A DNA stretch of 64,000 nucleotides from a virus (lineage: Duplodnaviria > Caudoviricetes): positions 1-64,000 of the IMG/VR virus record IMGVR_UViG_3300020576_002947. One strand, given 5' to 3'. Positions 56,949-64,000 of the stretch are shown here, in pieces (the stretch's first letter is position 1; the number at the start of each line of letters is the position of its first letter). Both the position numbers and the translations under genes were made by a program. The notes beneath the pieces are model-generated. The model was not told the DNA's origin. It saw nothing but the letters and a program-made list of their open reading frames with translations, and searched no databases.

Positions 56949-57183
56949 TAATAACAAGGCACCAAAACTAACTTTAAGGTCCTGCAATGTTTGCGGGTCT
57001 AACCTGGAGTATTGGTGCAAAGGAACATTCAACGGCTATGTGGTAAGCAGCTTCCCTAGCGTAATGAAGGTACAAGATAGAGCAGCAGAAGATGGTTATT
57101 CTTATGTAGATATAACTGATGGTTACAAATGTACAAAATGTAACTATGCATTCACAATCAGATCATTTACAACTAGGTTATGA
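56929..57183 (+). CDS. Zn-ribbon protein
   Basis: CNVC and CTKC. Confidence 0.65.
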   Translation: MQRQIPSNNKAPKLTLRSCNVCGSNLEYWCKGTFNGYVVSSFPSVMKVQDRAAEDGYSYVDITDGYKCTKCNYAFTIRSFTTRL

Positions 57184-57629
57184 TGGATCTTAACAAAATA
57201 ATTACCTTCCCAGAATCTATTAAGGTTGCTGTGGAAGTCGCAAGAACAGTACAAATCGCTCCTTACCAATGGGGCGATATTACTTTAGAGAAGCTTCTTT
57301 TGTCAAGAACGGTCTCTCTTGAAAAGAGGGGGATTACGTGGGCAGACCGTGAGTTTGCAATCATTGACTTAGCTAGAATCTATTCAGGTTATACTGACCC
57401 TAGATTCTTAACAGGGAATACTCTCTATACTTTCCATGAAAATATTTCTAAGGAATGGTTTGCATATTATAAAGCAGCCTTTCCTGATTTCAAAGAATGG
57501 AATCATCTTTTCTCAACTGAAAAAGGAGTCCTTAATAATCAATTAGTAGAAGACGTAATCGAAGCTACTAAAATTATTCAGGAAACACCTAATATTCTTA
57601 TCCTCAAGTATCAATCATTACTTACTTAA
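57180..57629 (+). CDS. hypothetical protein
   Basis: ORF. Confidence 0.7.
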   Translation: MMDLNKIITFPESIKVAVEVARTVQIAPYQWGDITLEKLLLSRTVSLEKRGITWADREFAIIDLARIYSGYTDPRFLTGNTLYTFHENISKEWFAYYKAAFPDFKEWNHLFSTEKGVLNNQLVEDVIEATKIIQETPNILILKYQSLLT

Positions 57630-57630
57630 T

Positions 57631-60600
57631 ATGCAACAAGCTTTAGATGCTATTTACAAAGATTATCCTTATCAACTAAAACTAGCAGGAGAGTGTAATG
57701 ACGCTAATGGAAACTTTCTAGGACGTTACCTATTCTTTCCAGACTCAAGATACCAAGAACAGTTAGACGAGTTTATGGACTGTTTTATTAAAACAGCTAA
57801 AATACACGACTCTAACGACTATGGTTTCAACCTTACTATAGACCTAGAAACACAAGGTCTATATCCACATTTATCAAAGATCATTCTAATATCTATTTCT
57901 TGGGATGAAGATTCTTCTATAGTATTTGTACCGGAGAACTTTGACTTAACTAAGTTTAAAGAGGTACTAAGGCTTGTCTTAATTGACAATCAGAATCTCA
58001 AATTTGATGTCAAGTTTCTATGGCACCACTATGGTGTTGAACCTAAACCAAGAATTTGTACACAAGAAGCTGCTAAACTAAACTACTGTGGTTATAGTGA
58101 TATGAACAGGTTTAATCTAGCTGACTTGTCTAGACTAATCCAAAGTATACCGATAACTAAAGAAATAAGGAACGATTTCATTACAATGGTTCCTCAAAAG
58201 CTAGAGAATGGTTATACAGCTTGGGTAGGTAAAACACCTGACTTCCCAAGTCTTAATGATGACCATATCGCTTACGCTGCTCGTGATACAATTGTTACTA
58301 AAAGATTAGTCCGTAGTGTTGCAGACCGTCTTGTTACAAATGATTTGTACAAGGTCTGGAACAATCAGGAGAGAAAGTTAATCAATATTCTAGCTCATAC
58401 TGAACTAATAGGTCTTCGACTTAATGAAAAAGAAGTTGAGAGTGCCAAGGCTGTAGCTCAAGAAACAGTTGCAACTAATTACGGTAAGATGATTAGTCTT
58501 TATGATGAGTTTGGTTCTAACGCAACCAAAGAATATGTAATTGCTAAGGGTACGAAGAAGAACCCTGGTAAGTTTAATATTAATTCTACCCAACAGGTGC
58601 AAAGATTCTTAAGAGATTTACATATCATGGTTCGTGGTACTGCCAAAGAGGAAGTTAACAAAGCACTTAATGATCTGGAAGCTGGATCTTCAGGCTACGA
58701 ATTCTTAACAGCACTTAAGAACTATAAGAAAGCTAATGATTTAATTACTAAGTATTTAGACTCCTGGACTATAAGAGTTAAGGAGATGGGTGATAATAGA
58801 ATTCATCCAAGCTATAACTTGATTACACCAGACGCTGGTACTGGACGACTCTGCTTAGATAAAGATAGTCTTATTCTACTAAAGGACAAGCAGACTAAGA
58901 AGATCTCTGAAGCTTTGATTGGGGATGAAGTATACACTCATAAGGGTAGATTTCGACCTATTAGCAGAGTAATCTTCAAGGGCGAAGAGGAGATGTTCAA
59001 AGTAACTTACTATGAAGGACACTTCATTAGTACTGCTGAACATAAGGTATTAACTACAGAAGGATGGAGAAATCTATCAGCCTGTACGAAAGGTACTTTT
59101 GTAATTGGATATACAATAAACAAAGGCTTCTATCAGACTAGGATCAATAAGATTGAGTCTGTTGGAGTTAGAGAAGTTTGGGATATCACTGTTGATGATG
59201 ATCATTCATACTTAGCTTCTACTGAGGGTGGATATGTTGTTCACCATAACTCAGCAGAAGGCTTTAATGTTATGGCTGTTGATAAAAGTTTAAGATCTAT
59301 TGTACAAGCTGATGAAGGTTGTATGATTGCATCTTTAGACTATTCTCAGTTCGAGCTAAGAAGTATTGCTGCTAATGCAAATGAAGAAGGTATGCTTAAA
59401 CTCTTCTTTGAAAGAGCTGCATTGCTAACTGATGTTGAAGAAGTAGCTTTGAAGTATGGTTTTATAGATCCAGACTCTTTTGCAGAAAAGTCAGAAACAC
59501 TAGGACTATCTGCCGGAGAGCTAGAGCTTTGCCATAACTTCTCAAATACTGACGTACACAGATCTAATGCTGCACTAATATTCAAAAAGCCAGTCTTTGA
59601 AGTAACTACCAAAGAAAGGAACATTGCTAAGTGTGTAGCAGGTGACACGTATATTAAGACTCAGAAAGGTCTTGTACAGATTCGTGACCTCTTTCCTAAG
59701 AAGCTTGTTCCAGACACATACTATAAAGCACCTAAAGGCTTGAAGGTAATGGATGATGCTAGTAAGTACCAAGACGTTGCTCAACTTTACTATAATGGTG
59801 AAGGAGATGCTGTTAAGATTACGTTTACTAGTGGAAGAACTATTACAAGTAGTGTAAATCATAGGTTCAGGTACTCACCAAAGAATCTGAGATATGACTG
59901 GATCTATGCATCTGATGTTAGAAAAGGAACTAAGTTGTTTACCAAGACAACTAATGAACCTATAGTTAAAGATCGTTACTATACCTTAGGACTTCTATCA
60001 GGACTGCTAGACTTTGTTGACACAGTAACTAAATACGGCAAGCAAACATATGAAGCAGAGTTCTTCGTAACACCTGGCAAACAGAAGGAAGCTCTCAAAC
60101 TCTTTATGGAGATTGGAATGAAGATGGATATTGAGCCAAGAAAACTTACCTATGTAGGTAAGGAAGCTGCTCAGTTCATTGATATCCAGTTTGAAACTGA
60201 GGAGAATAGAAGAAGCTTTTTAGCTGGTAGCTTTGAAGGTCATAAGTACTTTGCTTTGTCTTCTAGGAATGATTTCATATGTGAAAACTTACGAGACATG
60301 CTATTAGGAAGCTCTTTTGGTTTGGGTATAGGACCTATCAAGACTAGAAACAATACTGCAGAGTTCTCTCATTTTTATAGTAAGTATCTATTTACTAATG
60401 AAATTCCCTCTGATAAAGACTATTGGAGAGCAGCACTTAATGTTCTTGAAGATAGAAAAATCCTTAAAGGAGAGACAATAGATGAGCTTGTAGTAAGTGC
60501 TTCTACTTTGCTAGATAAAGAACAATCTGATTTCTTTATTACAAATGGACTGTATCTTGACACTGTCGAAAGTGTTGAATACTGTACAGTACCTTTGTTT

Positions 60601-61221
60601 GATATCAGTGTTCCTGTAGGTAATACATATATTGCAAATGGTTTAGTTAGTCATAACACGCTAACTTACGCAGTTCTCTACCAAGCTGGAGTTAGGAAAA
60701 TCCAGCAGCAGCTATTTGAAAGAGGTTACTCATTCAGTGTAGCTGAGGTCGCAGGCTTTGTCAAGACTTTCTATGAAGTAAGACCTATGCTTAAACCCTT
60801 TATGGAAAAAACAATAGTTAAGATCAAAGATCCTGGCTACATCGAAACATTCTTAGGACGTAAGAAGTTCTTTAAGTTACCTGAACGATGGAGAAAAGAG
60901 GATTATGAGAAGGCTGTTGCTGATGCACAAAGGGAAGCTATCAATGGTGAACAACAAGTTCCCAATGTAGATGCGATAAAACTGAGTATGGTTAGACTTG
61001 ATGACTATATTCGACAGCATTACTTATCCGATTGGGAGGTAGGTAGATGCATGATTCTAATTCCAGTCCATGATGAAATTGTATCTCAAGCCCCTAAAGA
61101 GTACGTAAGAGAATATGTTAAAGGCAAAAAAGCTATCATGATTCAAGCAGGTTCTGAAGCCGTAGATTTCAGAGTTCCTATTGAAGTCAGTGCGAAAATA
61201 GAACCTTACTGGGCTAAATAA
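57631..61221 (+). CDS. polA: family A DNA polymerase (3'-5' exonuclease plus polymerase) with two inteins
   Basis: DLET, NLKFD, YAARD, TGRL, DYSQFELR, R..AK..Y, VHDE. Confidence 0.95.
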   Translation: MQQALDAIYKDYPYQLKLAGECNDANGNFLGRYLFFPDSRYQEQLDEFMDCFIKTAKIHDSNDYGFNLTIDLETQGLYPHLSKIILISISWDEDSSIVFVPENFDLTKFKEVLRLVLIDNQNLKFDVKFLWHHYGVEPKPRICTQEAAKLNYCGYSDMNRFNLADLSRLIQSIPITKEIRNDFITMVPQKLENGYTAWVGKTPDFPSLNDDHIAYAARDTIVTKRLVRSVADRLVTNDLYKVWNNQERKLINILAHTELIGLRLNEKEVESAKAVAQETVATNYGKMISLYDEFGSNATKEYVIAKGTKKNPGKFNINSTQQVQRFLRDLHIMVRGTAKEEVNKALNDLEAGSSGYEFLTALKNYKKANDLITKYLDSWTIRVKEMGDNRIHPSYNLITPDAGTGRLCLDKDSLILLKDKQTKKISEALIGDEVYTHKGRFRPISRVIFKGEEEMFKVTYYEGHFISTAEHKVLTTEGWRNLSACTKGTFVIGYTINKGFYQTRINKIESVGVREVWDITVDDDHSYLASTEGGYVVHHNSAEGFNVMAVDKSLRSIVQADEGCMIASLDYSQFELRSIAANANEEGMLKLFFERAALLTDVEEVALKYGFIDPDSFAEKSETLGLSAGELELCHNFSNTDVHRSNAALIFKKPVFEVTTKERNIAKCVAGDTYIKTQKGLVQIRDLFPKKLVPDTYYKAPKGLKVMDDASKYQDVAQLYYNGEGDAVKITFTSGRTITSSVNHRFRYSPKNLRYDWIYASDVRKGTKLFTKTTNEPIVKDRYYTLGLLSGLLDFVDTVTKYGKQTYEAEFFVTPGKQKEALKLFMEIGMKMDIEPRKLTYVGKEAAQFIDIQFETEENRRSFLAGSFEGHKYFALSSRNDFICENLRDMLLGSSFGLGIGPIKTRNNTAEFSHFYSKYLFTNEIPSDKDYWRAALNVLEDRKILKGETIDELVVSASTLLDKEQSDFFITNGLYLDTVESVEYCTVPLFDISVPVGNTYIANGLVSHNTLTYAVLYQAGVRKIQQQLFERGYSFSVAEVAGFVKTFYEVRPMLKPFMEKTIVKIKDPGYIETFLGRKKFFKLPERWRKEDYEKAVADAQREAINGEQQVPNVDAIKLSMVRLDDYIRQHYLSDWEVGRCMILIPVHDEIVSQAPKEYVREYVKGKKAIMIQAGSEAVDFRVPIEVSAKIEPYWAK
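58852..59250 (+). mobile_element. mini-intein (133 aa)
   Basis: TGRL|CLDKD ... T.EH ... VWDITV ... HHN|S. Confidence 0.92.
59632..60657 (+). mobile_element. intein (342 aa) with degenerate LAGLIDADG domain
   Basis: AK|CVAGDT ... SHN|T; YTLGLLSG and FLAGSFEG remnants. Confidence 0.9.
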
Positions 61222-61223
61222 TT

Positions 61224-62387
61224 ATGACTATATTTGAAAAAGTGATTAGAGAGGTTAACAAAGAACTTCTCGAAGATAAGAAAAGAACTAGGCCATTAGT
61301 GTTTATGGCAGGAAGTGATATGTCGTCTTTAGAAGGCGAACACATTCCTTGTAACGTTGCTGCAATTAATAGAGACTTGGCTGGCGGATTTAAGTCAGGA
61401 AATCTTCACTTGATTACAGGTAATCCTGGATCAGGTAAAACAGCACTTCTTTCAACTGTAATGCAGGAAGGAAAGAAAAGAGGTTACATTCCGATTTATG
61501 TAAATCTCGAGCCTGGGCTTCCAGAGTCTACTTGGCTTAACATTAATGTTGACAAGGGAGACTTTAATATTATTGCTGGTAACACTAGCGAAGAGATCAC
61601 AGAAGCAGTTATTAAACTACTAACTGCTCTTAGGGATCAAAGTGAAGAGCGTGTCATTATAGCATTTGACTCAATCAATGCTTTCACACCTTCAAACATG
61701 CTGAAGAGACAGGACACAAAAGGCCATGACTCTGCTGGTATGGCTGAACGTGCAAGAGCTGTCTCAATGTTTCTTGAGCGCATTGCTGGAACAAACCTTC
61801 TAGCTAGCCAATCTATGATATTTATAGTTAGCCAAAAAAGGGTTGATATCAACTCGTATGGCGCACCAGAAAAGATCTCTGGTGGTAAGGCTGTAGTATA
61901 TATGCCTAAGACAATTGTTGATCTTAAAGGCAAGCGAGTTATGGTTAAGAAGAAGATTCAAGGTGCAGAAGTTAATTTTCCTGTAGCCCTGGAAGTAACT
62001 TACCTAATCGAAAAGAATACTGCAGGCGGTAGAAAGGACGAAAACGGTAAAGTAGTAGGAAATGTTCCTACTGCTGGACAGTATACTTATACCTACTCAG
62101 TAGACGGACAGCCTGGTCGTATTGATGATACCTTGGTACTATTTGAATTCGCTAAGGCAAGCGGAGTCTTAATGAAGATTAAGAGTAAATTCTGCTTCAA
62201 GTTTGGTGATTTTGATATTACGGAAACTGAGATTACAAAGAAGGAAGACGCCTTAAAGTATCTAGGCGAGAACGAAGTCATTGCTAATAAACTTCGTGAA
62301 CTTCTCCAGAACTCTGGTCCAGCGCCAGAAGAGGAAAATATTAGTGAACCTGATACAGCAGACTCTGTAGAGAATATCAATGAATAA
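61224..62387 (+). CDS. recA: RecA/UvsX-like recombinase
   Basis: GNPGSGKT, LE, FDSI, AERAR, SQ.R, GGKA. Confidence 0.88.
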   Translation: MTIFEKVIREVNKELLEDKKRTRPLVFMAGSDMSSLEGEHIPCNVAAINRDLAGGFKSGNLHLITGNPGSGKTALLSTVMQEGKKRGYIPIYVNLEPGLPESTWLNINVDKGDFNIIAGNTSEEITEAVIKLLTALRDQSEERVIIAFDSINAFTPSNMLKRQDTKGHDSAGMAERARAVSMFLERIAGTNLLASQSMIFIVSQKRVDINSYGAPEKISGGKAVVYMPKTIVDLKGKRVMVKKKIQGAEVNFPVALEVTYLIEKNTAGGRKDENGKVVGNVPTAGQYTYTYSVDGQPGRIDDTLVLFEFAKASGVLMKIKSKFCFKFGDFDITETEITKKEDALKYLGENEVIANKLRELLQNSGPAPEEENISEPDTADSVENINE

Positions 62388-62802
62388 CATTACTGTTAAT
62401 GGACCACTTTTTAAAGAAATTAGAGTCTTCCGTGGTGGGGAAGGCAAGAGCCATCTAGTTATGGGTACGATTAAGTGCCCTGGAAGCTCGAAATACTATA
62501 ACAAGGAAGGTGCTCTAGTAAATGGAGCAAAGTTCTTTGACTTTAAGTATTTTACCAACAATGATAAGATGCTTGAGTGGATGGAGGAAGCCTTCCAGCA
62601 AGACACGGATGTATGTGTCTCTGGCTCTCTTAGAGACGAGCAGTACACGAAAGACGGTGAGACTCGTAATTCCACCTTTGTAATGGTCAATAGCTGGTAC
62701 GCTGGCAAGGGCGGTGGCGCTGGAGCTACTCCAACAGCTAAGCAAAGTCCAAAGACCGCTACTCAAGTTGCTGACCCAGAAGATCCGTTCTTCGACGAGT
62801 AA
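62380..62802 (+). CDS. ssb: single-stranded DNA-binding protein
   Basis: OB fold V.GSLR..Y.KDG..R; acidic DPFFDE tail. Confidence 0.82.
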   Translation: MNNITVNGPLFKEIRVFRGGEGKSHLVMGTIKCPGSSKYYNKEGALVNGAKFFDFKYFTNNDKMLEWMEEAFQQDTDVCVSGSLRDEQYTKDGETRNSTFVMVNSWYAGKGGGAGATPTAKQSPKTATQVADPEDPFFDE

Positions 62803-63234
62803 GTGAGCTACTTAGATAGTAGCTATCAAGAAAGATTCGTTATTACCGGGATCAAATATGCGCCTCCCGGTAATATCGTTAAATTTAAGCTTGAAGCATT
62901 AAAACTTTTACAACAGGGTAAATACCCTAATTTAACATTAAAACACGATTTAAAAAATGAACATGACAAATTTGCTATCCATGTATGCTGGGAAGACTGT
63001 GTACTGGGCTTCCTTCCTGCGCGCGGCACTACTTGTACTGATTGTTGGTCTAAAGTTTCTAGAAAGACAATACAGTGTCCGGTATGCGCCTCGCCCGATC
63101 TGGTCCCTTACGGATTAAATTATCGATTTTTTAGCACAGGAGGGCTAAATAACTACATATGTCTTTTAACAGATGTAATTGATGGTAAGGTAAACCCTTA
63201 TCATTGTGAGTTATATTGGTCACCAAACAAATGA
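62803..63234 (+). CDS. HIRAN-domain protein with Zn ribbon
   Basis: GIKY, L.HD..NEHD.FAI.V....LGFLP; CTDC/CPVC. Confidence 0.78.
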   Translation: MSYLDSSYQERFVITGIKYAPPGNIVKFKLEALKLLQQGKYPNLTLKHDLKNEHDKFAIHVCWEDCVLGFLPARGTTCTDCWSKVSRKTIQCPVCASPDLVPYGLNYRFFSTGGLNNYICLLTDVIDGKVNPYHCELYWSPNK

Positions 63235-63617
63235 ATATAGTAGACCTAACTAGCGTATTAAAACACGCCTTAATCTCCCTAACTAATTATTATAACGAAT
63301 CTGAGCTTGGAAAAGTTCAATTCCATATATATTACTCTGATAACGAGTATTACTTTATTTTTAACGAGTCAGCATATACTAAGGAACAGTGCGATCAGTT
63401 CAGTACTTATCTTAAGCTAACTTTTGATACAATCCTATCAACAAAAGAATTCATAGAACTTGAATGCTCCAAATTTAAAGGACATGATGTACTAGTCGAT
63501 TCAATTACTCTTGAGAGTAACTGGACTGGGCCATTAGCGGAGGGATTAAACTACGAAATTTCATTTGTTGAAAAGCAGCCTCTTGTAGTAGGCTTTGCTG
63601 GAGGTGAAGTTGCTTAA
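63216..63617 (+). CDS. hypothetical protein
   Basis: ORF. Confidence 0.65.
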   Translation: MVTKQMNIVDLTSVLKHALISLTNYYNESELGKVQFHIYYSDNEYYFIFNESAYTKEQCDQFSTYLKLTFDTILSTKEFIELECSKFKGHDVLVDSITLESNWTGPLAEGLNYEISFVEKQPLVVGFAGGEVA

Positions 63618-63879
63618 GGACGTATTTGTATCTGTAAAAACAGAACGAACAATAATTGAACAATCTGAGATTGTTATCAAGATTCCTCTAGGTGTTGACC
63701 CTCTTTCCGAAGAGGGTCAAACTCTTATTAACTCAACAGTAGATAAGTTTATGAAGGGAGGCAAGGCCAAGCAATCCTTCAAGATACATGCTGTCAAAGT
63801 ACCTGTTAATACTATTACTGGTATATACCACGACAAAGATCGTAAAATTCCTTTAAAAGCTAATACTAAAACAAAATGA
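63595..63879 (+). CDS. hypothetical protein (start uncertain)
   Basis: ORF. Confidence 0.6.
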   Translation: MLEVKLLKDVFVSVKTERTIIEQSEIVIKIPLGVDPLSEEGQTLINSTVDKFMKGGKAKQSFKIHAVKVPVNTITGIYHDKDRKIPLKANTKTK

Positions 63880-64000
63880 GCACAACCATTTTACCACCAG
63901 AGACAAGAAAAGTAAGTGTTTCTGGAATTCTTACCATGATGAAAAATTGGAATCAACCCAAGAATGGTAAAGAATTTGCATATGATATTGCTGAGTTAAT
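63876..64000 (+). CDS. hypothetical protein, truncated by window end
   Basis: ATGA overlap; MSTTILPPETRKVSVSG... open to the end. Confidence 0.55.
   Translation, partial: MSTTILPPETRKVSVSGILTMMKNWNQPKNGKEFAYDIAEL

Noticed and set aside
1-64000. Genome-wide TAG reassignment (code 15)
   Set aside because: Long genes are uninterrupted in the standard code and TAG terminates ORFs at natural gene boundaries.

Overview
A 64-kb segment of a large (probably jumbo) lytic dsDNA phage genome. It is AT-rich, densely coding in the standard code, and almost entirely on the + strand. The left half (1-30 kb) is an accessory and tRNA region. It holds about 10 complete or near-complete tRNA genes (one with an amber-suppressor CUA anticodon), several broken tRNAs, a ~1.06-kb highly structured GOLLD-like ncRNA, and RNA-repair/translation enzymes (CCA-adding enzyme, two RNA ligases, HAD phosphatases, RlmN-like and PTH2-like proteins). 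The right half carries nucleotide metabolism (ThyX, intein-containing class II RNR, dNMP kinase), divergent beta/beta'-like RNA polymerase subunits and a replication/recombination module (DnaB, primase, PolA with two inteins, split SbcC plus SbcD, RecA, SSB). Three signals stand out. (1) About 40 ORFs from several unrelated families end in a shared C-terminal V-C-[I/V/L] tag, including an uninterrupted array of 18 diversified paralogs. (2) A compositionally distinct operon at 36.1-41.7 kb looks like a phage-encoded ubiquitin-like conjugation system (JAB-like?, Ubl, E2-like, E1/ThiF, large unknown protein). (3) HNH endonuclease cassettes break a tRNA gene while sitting beside an intact replacement tRNA. 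All calls come from motif recognition by eye; no database searches were run.
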